The notes: generated by a model not told the origin, from the letters alone. A stretch of DNA of 64,000 nucleotides from Betaproteobacteria bacterium (GCA_025356655.1 JANXRW010000026.1:4195-68194); one strand, 5' to 3'. Positions 35,645 to 45,943 are shown, counted from the first letter of the stretch. Made by a program: numbers and translations.

Positions 35645-36037
35645 TCAGCCCGTTAACACCAATAGCCAGGTGACGGCGACGTTAACCAGGGAGATCAACA
35701 CCGCCGCACTGGCCATATCCTTGGCGCGACCAGCGAGGCGGTTATCCTCGAGTGAAATCCGGTCTACCGTCGCCTCGATGGCCGAGTTAAGGAGTTCCAC
35801 CATCAAAACCAATAGAACGGACCCCACCAGCAGAGCCTTTCCCACACCAGAAGCGCCACTGAGCAGCGCCACCGGCATCAGCACTAGAGCGGCCAGACAT
35901 TCCTGCCTGAAGGCATCCTCGTGGCGCAGCGCAGCGCGCAGCCCAGCAAGGGAGTTGACGAGCGACGCTGCCAGGCGGTGCAGGCCTCGCTTGCCCTTGT
36001 GCGGACTGACCTGCTCGCCGTCGACCACCCGGGGCAC
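35645..36037 (-). CDS. dgkA: diacylglycerol kinase
   Basis: The 130-aa, three-TM protein has 'LRHEDAFRQE', 'ELLNSAIEATVDRIS' and 'AKDMASAAVL'. Confidence 0.88.
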   Translation of the reverse strand: MPRVVDGEQVSPHKGKRGLHRLAASLVNSLAGLRAALRHEDAFRQECLAALVLMPVALLSGASGVGKALLVGSVLLVLMVELLNSAIEATVDRISLEDNRLAGRAKDMASAAVLISLVNVAVTWLLVLTG

Positions 36038-36062
36038 TGCCCCCGCCGCTCGCGCTCCGCTC

Positions 36063-36563
36063 TCAGGCCAGAGCGGCCAGGGCTGCGTCGTAGTCCGGCT
36101 CCTGGGCGATCTCCGGGACCAGTTGCGAGTGCAATACTTGGTTGTTCGCGTCCAGCACCACCACGGCGCGAGCGGTGAGGCCCTTCAGCGGGCCCGCAGC
36201 GATGTCCACACCGTAGTCATGGTGGAACTCGTGGTTACGGAAGGTGGACAGGGTCACCACGTCCTTCAGCCCCTCGGCGCCGCAGAAACGCCCCATCGCA
36301 AAGGGAAGGTCCGCCGCCACCACCAGCACGACCGTGTCCGCTAGGGATGACGCCCTGGCATTGAATACGCGCGTGGACTGCTGGCAGGTAGGAGTGTCCA
36401 GGCTGGGGACGATATTGAGCACCTTGCGCTTGCCCGCGTAATCAGCCAGCGTGACGTCACTTAGATCGGCGCTCACTAGCGTGAACCCGGGGGCGGTGGA
36501 GCCCAGGGTGGGGAGGTCTCCGTGCACAGGTACAGGGTTTCCCTTCAGGGTAACGGTGGCCAT
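36063..36563 (-). CDS. tpx: thiol peroxidase (atypical 2-Cys peroxiredoxin)
   Basis: 'VTLKGNPV', 'APGFTLV' and '[16 protein letters not shown]' are present. Confidence 0.9.
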   Translation of the reverse strand: MATVTLKGNPVPVHGDLPTLGSTAPGFTLVSADLSDVTLADYAGKRKVLNIVPSLDTPTCQQSTRVFNARASSLADTVVLVVAADLPFAMGRFCGAEGLKDVVTLSTFRNHEFHHDYGVDIAAGPLKGLTARAVVVLDANNQVLHSQLVPEIAQEPDYDAALAALA

Positions 36564-36694
36564 GGTCCTATCTCCTTGAAAATTCCGCCCCGGGGATGGG
36601 GCGAACGAGTGTCTGGGCGGTCGCTCGCGGCATTAGCCCGCGCGCGGCGGCAGGTGCCAACGGCATTCTACCAAGTTAACTTGGGTGGTCACCC

Positions 36695-37519
36695 TCAGCC
36701 GAAAAACAGGTAAAGCCGGTAGGACGTAGGGTGCAACTCCCCCGAGTCCAGGTACAGACGCACCGCCAGTTCCTGGTTGGGGTTGAGGGGATCACCCCGA
36801 TGAGCGGCCGTCTTTTGATCGAGGTAATCCTCGGGTCGCAGGACGCGCCGGGCGGGCGCCTGCCCTGCCTCCCCGCTCAAGGTCACTTCGAGCGCGGGGA
36901 GTTCCTGGGGCAGACTGCTCCGGTTTCGGATGGCGGCCGTCAGCAAGATCTGGCCCGGGCGCGCGGGATCGACCAATTGCAGGTCGGAGGCCTCGATGGC
37001 CAGGGCTTCTGGCTGCCGGGCATACCCCACCCGGCATCGCGCAAGGCCACAGAACGCCTCCAACACCGGGCGGACCTCAGGCGCCTGAAGGGCGATGGCG
37101 GTGGCCTGGAACCAAGCCCCTTGGATGGCGAGGAGTATCAGCGCGGCGGCGTTCGCTGCCAGCCACGGCCACCGCGGCCCGGGCCTGGCCTTGGCGAAAA
37201 GGTCCAAGGGAAGGGCCAGCGCGGGCGACTCCGGCGGCGAGGCAGTTTCCGAGGGGCCTAGCGCATCGACGCTAACTGCCGGTTCGTGAGAGACCGGTGA
37301 TTGGGGTTGGGGTTGGAGTGGCGACGCGCGCTCGAGGACCGCTTCCAAGGCTTGGATCGGCGGCTGGGCCGCGCCGATCTCGGGCGGTCGGGAGCTAAGA
37401 CTGGAAAAGGCATCGAAAACCGTTTCGCAGTGGCCGCAGCAGACCTGCCCACCGCTCGCGTGGAGCTGCGCGCTGGTGACCCGGAAGTAGGTCTCGCAGT
37501 GCGGGCATCGGGTGTACAT
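36695..37519 (-). CDS. MJ0042-type zinc-ribbon / DUF3426 protein
   Basis: The start is taken at 'MYTRCPHCETYFRVTSAQL...CGHCETVF'. It has one TM segment and a DUF3426-like C-terminus. The position downstream of prmA is conserved. Confidence 0.75.
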   Translation of the reverse strand: MYTRCPHCETYFRVTSAQLHASGGQVCCGHCETVFDAFSSLSSRPPEIGAAQPPIQALEAVLERASPLQPQPQSPVSHEPAVSVDALGPSETASPPESPALALPLDLFAKARPGPRWPWLAANAAALILLAIQGAWFQATAIALQAPEVRPVLEAFCGLARCRVGYARQPEALAIEASDLQLVDPARPGQILLTAAIRNRSSLPQELPALEVTLSGEAGQAPARRVLRPEDYLDQKTAAHRGDPLNPNQELAVRLYLDSGELHPTSYRLYLFFG

Positions 37520-37530
37520 ATCCAGTCGGC

Positions 37531-38427
37531 TCAGTGCTCGTCGGGCCGGCGCGCTCCACCCACACAGGCCCACCCGTCATCGGTTGACTGCACTGCCAGG
37601 GTGAACCAGGGCTGGTAAGCCCGCACCACATCCGCGGCCTGACGCGCTAGGATCCCCGAGAGCAGCAGGGCACCACCGGGCCGGGTACGGCTGGCGAGCA
37701 GCGGCGCCAGCACGCGCAGGGGGTTGGCCAAGATGTTGGCGACGACGAGGTCAAAACACCCCTCCGGCAATTGGTCAGGCAACAGGAATCGGCCCCCGAC
37801 CCCATTGGCCAAAGCGTTGGCCTGCGCTGCCTCCACTGCACTAGGGTCGATGTCCACGCCTGTCACCGGACCGGCGCCCAGGCGTGCACAGGCGATGGCG
37901 AGGATGCCGCTGCCACAGCCGTAGTCGAGCACGCTCGCCCCGGGTTCCACATGGCGCTCGAGCCAGCGCAGGCACTGAAGGGTCGTGGGGTGGCTCCCTG
38001 TCCCAAAAGCGAGCCCGGGATCGAGCCTCAGATTTATCGCCCCTGGCACCGGCGTATCGGACCAGGATGGAACCACCCAGAGCCGCTCTGAGACCATCAC
38101 GGGGCCGAACTGCCGCTGGCTTGCGCGCACCCAGTCGGCGTCAGCCACGCCCTCCACTGTCAAATCCAACGGCCAGGCGGCACCGTCGAGTGCCACGCCC
38201 AAGGCCTCCTCCCAGAGAGCCCCCTCGGGGAACAGCGCCGCCAAGCGGGTACGCGCCCACAGGGCCTCGACGAGTTCCCCGGGCTCGCCAAAGCGCGGCT
38301 CCTCGGCTTGCGTGCCCGCGTGTGCATCGCTGGCGTCCACGCTGAGCGCCCCGGACTCGAGCAAGGCGTCGGCAAGAGCCTCCGCGTCCGACTCGGCAAC
38401 CGTGAAACTGATATTGACCCAGGCCAT
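37531..38427 (-). CDS. prmA: ribosomal protein L11 methyltransferase
   Basis: 'FGPVMVSERLWVVPSW', 'LDPGLAFGTGSHPTT' and 'VLDYGCGSGILAI' are present. Confidence 0.9.
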   Translation of the reverse strand: MAWVNISFTVAESDAEALADALLESGALSVDASDAHAGTQAEEPRFGEPGELVEALWARTRLAALFPEGALWEEALGVALDGAAWPLDLTVEGVADADWVRASQRQFGPVMVSERLWVVPSWSDTPVPGAINLRLDPGLAFGTGSHPTTLQCLRWLERHVEPGASVLDYGCGSGILAIACARLGAGPVTGVDIDPSAVEAAQANALANGVGGRFLLPDQLPEGCFDLVVANILANPLRVLAPLLASRTRPGGALLLSGILARQAADVVRAYQPWFTLAVQSTDDGWACVGGARRPDEH

Positions 38428-38458
38428 GGCCGGCTCCTGCCTCCCGGTGGCCGCCAGT

Positions 38459-39814
38459 TCAGTCTGGCCGCGCCTGCTTGGAGAGTTTCTGTTCGAGATA
38501 GTGAATGCTGGTTCCGCCCCGAGTAAAGGCAGAGTCGAGCATCAGTTCCTGGTGCAGCGCAATGTTCGTCTGAATGCCCTCGACGATCATCTCTGAGAGC
38601 GCGACGCGCATCTTGGCGATCGCCTGCTCGCGCGTATCCGCCCAGACGATGACTTTGCCGACCAGGGAATCATAATGCGACGGTACGGTGTAATTCGTGA
38701 AGACATGGGAATCAACGCGCACGCCGGGCCCCCCGGGAACGTGGAACTGCGTGATGCGGCCCGGCGAGGGTGTGAACTTGTAGGGATGTTCCGCGTTAAT
38801 ACGACATTCGAGCGAGTGCCCCCGAAAAACGATGTCCCGCTGCTTCATGGGTAGACGCTGGCCCGCGGCGACGAGAATCTGCGCCTGGACCAAATCGATA
38901 CCGGTGATCATCTCGGTCACCGGATGTTCCACCTGGATGCGCGTGTTCATCTCGATGAAATAGAACTCCCCGTTCTCATAGAGGAATTCGAAGGTACCGG
39001 CGCCACGATAACCCAGTTTCCTGCAGGCCTCCGCACAGCGCTCGCCAATTCGTGCCTTGACCCGCGGGTTGATATCCGGCGCGGGCGCCTCCTCGATGAT
39101 TTTCTGGTGTCGGCGCTGCATGGAACAATCGCGGTCACCCAGGTATACCGCGTTGCGGTGCTCGTCGGCTAGGACCTGGATTTCCACGTGACGGGGATTT
39201 TCCAGGAACTTTTCCAGATAGACGGTGGGGTTGGAGAAGGCCGCCTGCGCCTCCGCGCGGGTCATCATCACCGCGTTGACCAGTGCCGCCTCGGTGTGCA
39301 CCACGCGCATGCCACGCCCACCCCCGCCCCCGGAGGCCTTGATGATGACCGGGTAGCCCACCGACCGGGCGATGCGCAGGACCTCGTCCGGAGCATCGGG
39401 TAGGGCCCCTTCAGACCCCGGCACCACCGGCACCCCCGCCTTGACCATCGCGATCTTCGCGCTGACCTTGTCACCCATGATGCGGATGGTCTCGGGACGC
39501 GGCCCGATGAACACGAAGCCGCTCTTTTCCACACGCTCGGCGAAGTCAGCATTCTCGGAGAGGAATCCGTAACCGGGGTGGATGGCCTCGGCATCGGTGA
39601 CCTCCGCCGCGCTGATGATCGCGGGAATGTTCAGGTAGCTCTGGCCTGGCGCGGCAGGGCCGATACAGACCGATTCATCAGCCAGACGTACGTACTTCGC
39701 TTCCGCATCCGCCTCGGAGTGCACTGCAACAGTCTTTATGCCCATCTCGCGACAGGCACGCTGGATACGCAGGGCGATTTCGCCCCGGTTGGCGATCAGG
39801 ATCTTTTCGAACAT
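38459..39814 (-). CDS. accC: acetyl-CoA carboxylase biotin carboxylase subunit
   Basis: '[17 protein letters not shown]' and ATP-grasp motifs are present. The size is 451 aa. Confidence 0.95.
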   Translation of the reverse strand: MFEKILIANRGEIALRIQRACREMGIKTVAVHSEADAEAKYVRLADESVCIGPAAPGQSYLNIPAIISAAEVTDAEAIHPGYGFLSENADFAERVEKSGFVFIGPRPETIRIMGDKVSAKIAMVKAGVPVVPGSEGALPDAPDEVLRIARSVGYPVIIKASGGGGGRGMRVVHTEAALVNAVMMTRAEAQAAFSNPTVYLEKFLENPRHVEIQVLADEHRNAVYLGDRDCSMQRRHQKIIEEAPAPDINPRVKARIGERCAEACRKLGYRGAGTFEFLYENGEFYFIEMNTRIQVEHPVTEMITGIDLVQAQILVAAGQRLPMKQRDIVFRGHSLECRINAEHPYKFTPSPGRITQFHVPGGPGVRVDSHVFTNYTVPSHYDSLVGKVIVWADTREQAIAKMRVALSEMIVEGIQTNIALHQELMLDSAFTRGGTSIHYLEQKLSKQARPD

Positions 39815-39863
39815 GGAACCTCGGATGCACCCGAAGCCGGCCTGCGCCGCGCCCCGGCCCTCT

Positions 39864-40313
39864 TCAAGCGATCAAGAACAGCGACTCGCCATACTCCACG
39901 GGCTGGCCGTTTTCGACGTAGACCTCCTTGATCACGCCCCCCTGGTCCGCCTCGATCTCGTTGAGTAGTTTCATCGCCTCAATGATGCACAGCGTGTCGC
40001 CGGGGCTCACCCTGTCGCCAACCTCGACGAAGGACTTGGCGCTCGGCGAGGCTGCGCGGTAGAAGGTGCCGACCATGGGGGACTTGACGATGTGTCCGTC
40101 CGGAACCACCGCAACAGCGTCCGCCGCAGGGACCGCCGCCGCAGGCGCCGCACCCAAGGTGTGGTGCTGCATGAATTGACCCGCCATGGCCGGCATCATC
40201 ATGGGCCCCACGCGGCTGATGCGGACTTTTTCCTCACCTTCGGTCACTTCCAGTTCCGCAATACCGGATTCCTGGACCAGATCGATGAGCTTCTTGAGCT
40301 TCCTCAGATCCAT
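39864..40313 (-). CDS. accB: acetyl-CoA carboxylase biotin carboxyl carrier protein
   Basis: The biotinylation motif is '[11 protein letters not shown]'. The linker is Ala/Pro-rich. Confidence 0.93.
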   Translation of the reverse strand: MDLRKLKKLIDLVQESGIAELEVTEGEEKVRISRVGPMMMPAMAGQFMQHHTLGAAPAAAVPAADAVAVVPDGHIVKSPMVGTFYRAASPSAKSFVEVGDRVSPGDTLCIIEAMKLLNEIEADQGGVIKEVYVENGQPVEYGESLFLIA

Positions 40314-40682
40314 CGTATCTCCTGCAGAGTTCCTTGGTCGCCGCGCCCCATCAAACAGGACTGCCGCAGACCACGCCCAACTCGCTCACGTCGGCGGGCA
40401 GGCGCGTCGGCGAAGAGAACCAGATCGGCGAAGTTGCCGCGCAGTTCCGGTGCGATACGGCACAGGCGACGCGTGCCGGGAGAGCGCGGCCCGTCCGCTC
40501 GCGCGCTGGGCGCCCGACACATCCTCGCCCCCACTGACGGGGGCTACAAGGCGGCGAAAGAGGGGTTTCAATGGGGGTCGCCAGCACGCCGGCGCCCTTC
40601 AGTGGTACGGCCATAGCCGTCAAGTTTGCCGCAACTTCCCGGCTGATGTCCAGCTTTTACCGGAACTTGTGCCCTTGCAGCT

Positions 40683-41222
40683 TCAGATCAGCGGCTTCAC
40701 CAAAGCTTCGAGCTTGCCGCGCGTGAGGCGACCCACGTGGGATTTCACCACACGACCCTTGCGGTCGAGGATGACCGTAAAGGGCAGGCCACCCATCACA
40801 TTGCCGGCCTGCCGGGCAATGTCCATGGCCTCAATCTCGCCCACCAGGACCGGGTAATTGATCTTCATCTGCGCCGCGTAGGGCCGCACCTTGTCTGGGT
40901 CGTCGGCGGCGATGCCGAGGATCTGCACACCCTGGCCGGCCAAGACGGTCTGCACTTGCATAAAGTCGGGGATCTCCTGTTGGCAAGGAGCGCACCAAGT
41001 CGCCCAGAAATTCACCACGACGATCTTCCCGCGCCACTGCGCGAGAGGCTGCACCTTGCCCGCCAGATCGGGCAGCGATGCAGCGAGCAGGTCAGGGCCG
41101 TCCGCGGCCACCGCCCCCTCGCCCTCCTGCACCGGGGCGCGCCATTGCTCAACCACAATGCCCAAGGCGAGTGCCATCGCCCCGACGACCAAGAAAGTGA
41201 GAACCAACCGGAAGCGACTCAA
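40683..41222 (-). CDS. TlpA/ResA-like periplasmic thiol:disulfide oxidoreductase
   Basis: The thioredoxin motif is 'NFWATWCAPCQQEIP'. A TM/signal segment is present. The proposed TTG start at 41222 overlaps the dsbD stop (TTGA). A later ATG is an alternative. Confidence 0.8.
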   Translation of the reverse strand: MSRFRLVLTFLVVGAMALALGIVVEQWRAPVQEGEGAVAADGPDLLAASLPDLAGKVQPLAQWRGKIVVVNFWATWCAPCQQEIPDFMQVQTVLAGQGVQILGIAADDPDKVRPYAAQMKINYPVLVGEIEAMDIARQAGNVMGGLPFTVILDRKGRVVKSHVGRLTRGKLEALVKPLI

Positions 41223-43588
41223 GACCCCCCCAGCGCCGCATCCAGGGAGTGGGCGAAGTGCTCTGCATCCTGAAACCCGATCACGCGACGGCCCGGCAGT
41301 TCCTTGCCCCCCCCGAAAAAGATCAGCCCGGGCGGCCCGTAGAGCCCGAAACGCTTGAGGAGCGCCGTGTCTTCTTCCGTATTGGCGGTCACATCGACCT
41401 GCAACAACGCCATTCGCTCCAGGCGCGAGCGCACCGGTTGGCTGGTGAAGGTGTAGCGCTCCATCTCTTTGCACGCCACGCACCAGTCGGCGTAGAAATC
41501 CAGCAACACCACCCGTCCCGCCGAGGCGGCCAGGACTTGGTCCAACTCGCGCACGTTCTTGACCCGGCGGAACTGCGGCGCCCGTCCCACCTCGGCCGAG
41601 GCGGCTCCTGCGGGCCGCAACCCGGCAAGGGGTTGCAGGAGGTCCGTCCCGCCGGAGAGCGCGCCGACGAGCAACGCGGCGCCCAGCAAGAGAGCGAGCA
41701 CCCCGATACCCTTCCAGAGTTTGCGCACGCCGCCCGCGCGCTCAGGCAGAGGATCAAGGGCGTGCAGGTGGATGGCGCTCACGACAAGGAGGACTGACCA
41801 GGCCAGCATATGCACGGCCGGCGGGATCACCGGCGAGACGATCCAGATAGCCAGCCCGAGCAATAGCACGCCGAAGAAGTTCTTCACCGCCTGCATCCAG
41901 CCGCCGGCGCGTGGCAAGAGCGCGCCTGCCGACACGCCGACAACCATGAGCGGCACCCCCATGCCCAGGGCCATGGCGAATAGGGCGCTTCCCCCGAGGA
42001 CGACATCGCGGGTCTGGCTGATGTAGAGCAGCGCGCCGGCCAGTGGCGCCGCCACACAGGGCCCAACGATGAGCGCGGAGAGCACGCCCATCACGAACAC
42101 CCCGCCCAGATGTCCGCCCTGCACCTTGTTGCTGGCGTCGTTGAACCGGCTCTGCAGGGCTGCGGGGAGTTGCAAATCATAGTAGCCGAACATGGAGAAG
42201 GACAGGGCGACGAAGACCAGCGCGAACCCACCCAGAACCCAGATGTTCTGCAGCGCATTGGAGAGCAAGGTCCCCGAGAGCCCTGCGGCCACTCCCGCCG
42301 CCGCATAGGTAAGCGCCATACCCAGGACGTAGACAGCGGACAGAACGACGGCTCGGAGCCGGTCCACGGCCTTGCCCTGCCCGACGATGATGCCCGAGAG
42401 GATGGGAATCATGGGAAAGACGCAAGGCGTCAAGGAAAGGAGCAGGCCGAAGCCGAAGAAACTGACCAGCACCCACCAAAAATTGCCCGAGCGCAGGATC
42501 CGCGAGGCGCGCGTATCTTCGCCGCTATCGGTATCCGCGGCCGGGCTGGCGGGCAAGGTCGATGCGGCCGGAGCCGCCACAGCGACCGGTCCGGCAATTG
42601 TCGGTTGGGGAGTGAGCGCCACCCCGGTGGATGGCTCCTGCGCCGCATGCGACCGCGCCGGTTCCGCGGCGGTCGACGGCCCACCCGCGAACGCAATCTG
42701 GAAGGTTTTTTGCGTAGGGGGATAGCACAGGCCCTTGTCACTGCAGCCCTGGTACTTGACCTCCAGACCCACCACCGCGCTCGCACCGGCGGGGCGATCC
42801 AGGCTCACCAGTGCCTCGAAGGCGTCGTGGAACACCTCGGTCTGACCGAGGTTCGGGTCTTTTTTAGGTTGCCCCCGGGGCAGACTGACACGGCTCACCC
42901 GCACGCCCCCTGCTGCAGCGAATCCCAAGCGCTCGCGATACAAGTAGTAACCGGGGGCCGGCGTAAATCGCACCACTACGGTTTTCGCATCGCGGGCCTG
43001 CGCCTCAACCGCGAAGGCTTGCTCTGCTGGCAGGAAGTCCGCCCCTGCCACCGCCGCAGCGGGCTCTGCGCCTGCCATACGTCGCAGTTCGGTGATCAGC
43101 CCCGGGGCGGGCCCCTTCGCCAGGGGCAGCGCCGGCTCGCCCGCCAGGGTCAACTGCACGGTCTGCTTCACCGGCGCGTAGCACAGCCCCGCATCAGCGC
43201 AGCCTTGGCCGATTACTTGCAGGGTAAACCCGGTAGACGGTGCGTTGCTCACCGGCAGCCTGAGGACCAGGTCCTGCCGATAGGTCTCCGTCTTCCCGAA
43301 ATACTCGTCCTCATGGGGCTGCCCGGGAGGAAAGTCGGGCTTGCCCAAGCTCACACCCGCCGTTTGCGCGGAGAAGCGGAACTTCTCCCGGTACATGTAA
43401 TAGCCCTCGGCGATTCGGTAGCGAACCTCGACCGTGGACTGATCCACGGCGCGCGCCGAAAATGCGAAGGCCTGTTCGGGCGAGAGCAGGTCGTCCGCTG
43501 CCCGGCTCCCCGAGGCTATCAGGCAGACAGCCGTAAGGGCTAGCGCGAACCAAGCGCGCGCGGAAATTGCAGGGCAAAATAGGGTCAT
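41219..43588 (-). CDS. dsbD: thiol:disulfide interchange protein DsbD with duplicated N-terminal domain
   Basis: The ATG lies at codon 17 of the listed ORF. There are two nDsbD-like domains, each with 'QGC(A/S)D(A/K)GLCY'. The TM core carries 'TPCVFPMIP' and 'GPCVAAPLAG'. The C-terminal thioredoxin motif is 'DWCVACK'. Confidence 0.88.
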   Translation of the reverse strand: MTLFCPAISARAWFALALTAVCLIASGSRAADDLLSPEQAFAFSARAVDQSTVEVRYRIAEGYYMYREKFRFSAQTAGVSLGKPDFPPGQPHEDEYFGKTETYRQDLVLRLPVSNAPSTGFTLQVIGQGCADAGLCYAPVKQTVQLTLAGEPALPLAKGPAPGLITELRRMAGAEPAAAVAGADFLPAEQAFAVEAQARDAKTVVVRFTPAPGYYLYRERLGFAAAGGVRVSRVSLPRGQPKKDPNLGQTEVFHDAFEALVSLDRPAGASAVVGLEVKYQGCSDKGLCYPPTQKTFQIAFAGGPSTAAEPARSHAAQEPSTGVALTPQPTIAGPVAVAAPAASTLPASPAADTDSGEDTRASRILRSGNFWWVLVSFFGFGLLLSLTPCVFPMIPILSGIIVGQGKAVDRLRAVVLSAVYVLGMALTYAAAGVAAGLSGTLLSNALQNIWVLGGFALVFVALSFSMFGYYDLQLPAALQSRFNDASNKVQGGHLGGVFVMGVLSALIVGPCVAAPLAGALLYISQTRDVVLGGSALFAMALGMGVPLMVVGVSAGALLPRAGGWMQAVKNFFGVLLLGLAIWIVSPVIPPAVHMLAWSVLLVVSAIHLHALDPLPERAGGVRKLWKGIGVLALLLGAALLVGALSGGTDLLQPLAGLRPAGAASAEVGRAPQFRRVKNVRELDQVLAASAGRVVLLDFYADWCVACKEMERYTFTSQPVRSRLERMALLQVDVTANTEEDTALLKRFGLYGPPGLIFFGGGKELPGRRVIGFQDAEHFAHSLDAALGGS

Positions 43589-43957
43589 GGGTTCCGTGGG
43601 CCGGTTGCCGGCGGGTCGAGGTCGTCCGCGGCACACTGCCGGCCTACCCAGCCTAGGTAGGCCGGGGGCCCCGCTCGCGTTTGGACTGCCAGCAGTTCAG
43701 GAAGTTCGTAGGGGTGGAGGCTCATCACCAACGCCTCCAACTCGGGGTAGCGTCTTAGCACAGGTCTTCAGGAGCACCGGAACCTCGCGCGCCTGCTCAT
43801 GCGCGCCCTGCCACCGGTAGACGCTGTCGCATTCGGCCTGAATGCTCGCGCAGGCCGCCAGTCCACTGTCCACAACCTGTCGCGCCAGATCCCGTGCGCT
43901 CTGCGCATCCGGCAAGGTGGTCAAAACCAGTAGCACGGTGTCCGGCGCGGCCATCAT
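43585..43957 (-). pseudogene. cutA: divalent-cation tolerance protein CutA, interrupted by an apparent +1-nt frameshift
   Basis: The N-terminal frame reads 'VLLVLTTLPDAQSARDLARQVVDSGLAACASIQ..SVYRWQG...VLLKT'. From about 43750 the conserved C-terminus 'YPELEALVMSLHPYELPELLAV..YLGWV' continues in the next frame. It ends in an ATGA overlap with dsbD. The span is 373 nt, which is not a multiple of 3. Confidence 0.75.
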
Positions 43958-44823
43958 GCTCCCCGGCCGGCCAAGGTCTCGGCAACGGAAGGATAGCGCA
44001 GTCTGACCCGCAATTCCCGGAACATCCGCTCCGGGTCGATCCGGCGGGACTCGCGCATGAACGACAGTAGGGTCTCGGGGAGCGTCTGCGCCGCGAGGCC
44101 GCGAGGGATGCGCGGCGGCCGTGGCAAGCCGAAATGATCGGCGACGAGGTCGAAATAGTCCCCCATCCGCATCCATTGACCGTCGCTGGCGTTGTAGACC
44201 CGGCCTGGACGGCCGCGATGCAGTGCGGCCAGGACCACGCGCGCGAGATCGTCACCGTGGATATGGTTGGTAAACGCATCCTGGTCGGCACAAAGGGCCG
44301 GGGTACCCGCGCGCAGGCGGGCGAGGGGCAAGCGTTCCCAGGCGTAGATTCCGGGCACGCGCAGAATGACCAAGCGGGTCCCGCGGCGGGCCGCGAACGC
44401 CCGCAGGCGCCGCTCCGCATCCACCCGCCGACGCGCACGCGCGCTCTGCGGGTTGACCGGCCGGGTCTCGGCAACCACGGCACCCGCACAATCCCCGTAG
44501 ACCCCAGTGGTGCTGATGTAGACCAAGCGTTGTGGTATCCTCGGGTGAGACTCAAGGGCGCGGAGCAAGTGGGCCGTGCGCGAGTCTCGGTCACCCTCCG
44601 AAGGCGGGGGAGCAAAGTGGAGTAGGTCGTCGGCCAGCCCTGCCAAGCGCTCCAAGCTGTTGACGAGGTCTAGATCGCCGGGCACCGGGGTTACCCCTGC
44701 CCGGCGCAGTTCCACGGCCCTCTCGGCGGTCCGGGCGAGTGCGAAAAGGCGGTAGCGTCCCCGTAAAAGCGGAAGCGATCGCCTAGCGATGTCACCGAAA
44801 CCGACGATCAGGAGTTTTCGCAT
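43954..44823 (-). CDS. NAD(P)-dependent SDR-family oxidoreductase/epimerase-like protein
   Basis: It has an N-terminal Rossmann 'KLLIVGFGDIARR' and extended-SDR length. Its stop overlaps the cutA start (ATGA). Confidence 0.65.
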   Translation of the reverse strand: MRKLLIVGFGDIARRSLPLLRGRYRLFALARTAERAVELRRAGVTPVPGDLDLVNSLERLAGLADDLLHFAPPPSEGDRDSRTAHLLRALESHPRIPQRLVYISTTGVYGDCAGAVVAETRPVNPQSARARRRVDAERRLRAFAARRGTRLVILRVPGIYAWERLPLARLRAGTPALCADQDAFTNHIHGDDLARVVLAALHRGRPGRVYNASDGQWMRMGDYFDLVADHFGLPRPPRIPRGLAAQTLPETLLSFMRESRRIDPERMFRELRVRLRYPSVAETLAGRGA

Positions 44824-44896
44824 TCTTCGTCTGCAACGACAACCCTGCTAAATCCCGCGTCGCGGCCGCTTGGCCGACTGCGGGCAAATCTAACTC

Positions 44897-45937
44897 ATGC
44901 CCTTCTCCGTCACCCTCCGCCCCAGCAACCGACAATTGAGCCTGGAAGCGGGCGAAACCGTACTGGAAGGTGCACTGCGCCAAGGGATATCGCTCCCCTA
45001 CGGCTGCCGCAACGGTGCCTGTGGCGCCTGCAAGGCAAAAATCCTGGAGGGACGGGTCGACTACGGCGACCATGCGGCCTACCTGCTTCCCGACTACGAG
45101 AAGCAACTGGGTTTCGCTTTGTTCTGTCGGGCCAAGGCATTGACTGACCTGACGCTGGAAGTGCGGGAGATTACCACCGCCGGACAGGTCGTACCGCGCA
45201 AGCTACCCTGCCGGGTGCGGGAGATTCTACGGCCGACCGCCGATGTGGCCGTCCTGCGTCTAACCCTGCCGACCAACGAACGCCTGCAGTTTCTTGCCGG
45301 GCAGTACCTGGAAATACTCCTCCCCAGCGGGAAGCGGCGTGCCTACTCCATGGCGAACGCGCCCGAGGACGACACATTTGTCGAGTTGCACGTGCGCAAC
45401 ATGGCGGGGGGCGCTTTCACCGAATACGTCTTCAATCAGCTGAAGGAGCGCGATATCCTGCGCTTCGAGGGTCCGCTGGGAAGCTTCTTCCTGCGCGAGG
45501 ACAGTCCGCGGCCCATGCTCTTCGTGGCCAGCGGAACGGGCTTTGCCCCGGTGAAGAGCATCATCGAGCATGCGCTGCATGTCGGCATCTCGCGCGAGAT
45601 CATCTTCTATTGGGGGGCGCGCAGGCGTGATGAACTCTATCTCCCTGACCTGGCACAACGCTGGCAGGACGAGAACGCCAACGTGAGCTTCATCCCCGTC
45701 CTCTCGGAACCCCTGCCCGAGGATGCGTGGCAGGGCCGTCGGGGGTTCGTGCACCAGGCGGTGATGGAAGATTTCCCCGATTTAGCGGGTTACGACGTTT
45801 ACAGCTGTGGTGCGCCCGCCATGGTGGAAGCCGCCCATCGCGACTTCACCGCGCAGCGCGCCCTGCCTTCCGAGCAGTTCTTTTCCGACGCGTTCACCCC
45901 CTCGCCAGACGCCGGGAAGGCGCCCAGCGGGGGCTGA
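44897..45937 (+). CDS. 2Fe-2S ferredoxin / FNR-family flavin reductase (AscD-like)
   Basis: The plant-type ferredoxin motif is 'CRNGACGACKAKI'. The FAD motif is 'RAYSMAN' and the NAD(P) motif is 'FVASGTGFAP'. Confidence 0.82.
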   Translation: MPFSVTLRPSNRQLSLEAGETVLEGALRQGISLPYGCRNGACGACKAKILEGRVDYGDHAAYLLPDYEKQLGFALFCRAKALTDLTLEVREITTAGQVVPRKLPCRVREILRPTADVAVLRLTLPTNERLQFLAGQYLEILLPSGKRRAYSMANAPEDDTFVELHVRNMAGGAFTEYVFNQLKERDILRFEGPLGSFFLREDSPRPMLFVASGTGFAPVKSIIEHALHVGISREIIFYWGARRRDELYLPDLAQRWQDENANVSFIPVLSEPLPEDAWQGRRGFVHQAVMEDFPDLAGYDVYSCGAPAMVEAAHRDFTAQRALPSEQFFSDAFTPSPDAGKAPSGG

Positions 45938-45943
45938 CCCCAC

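Noticed and set aside
42110-43543. 477-aa ORF antisense to dsbD
   Set aside because: It is a shadow ORF of a high-GC gene with an Arg/Gly/Gln/His-rich, low-complexity translation. The sense strand has unmistakable DsbD motifs.
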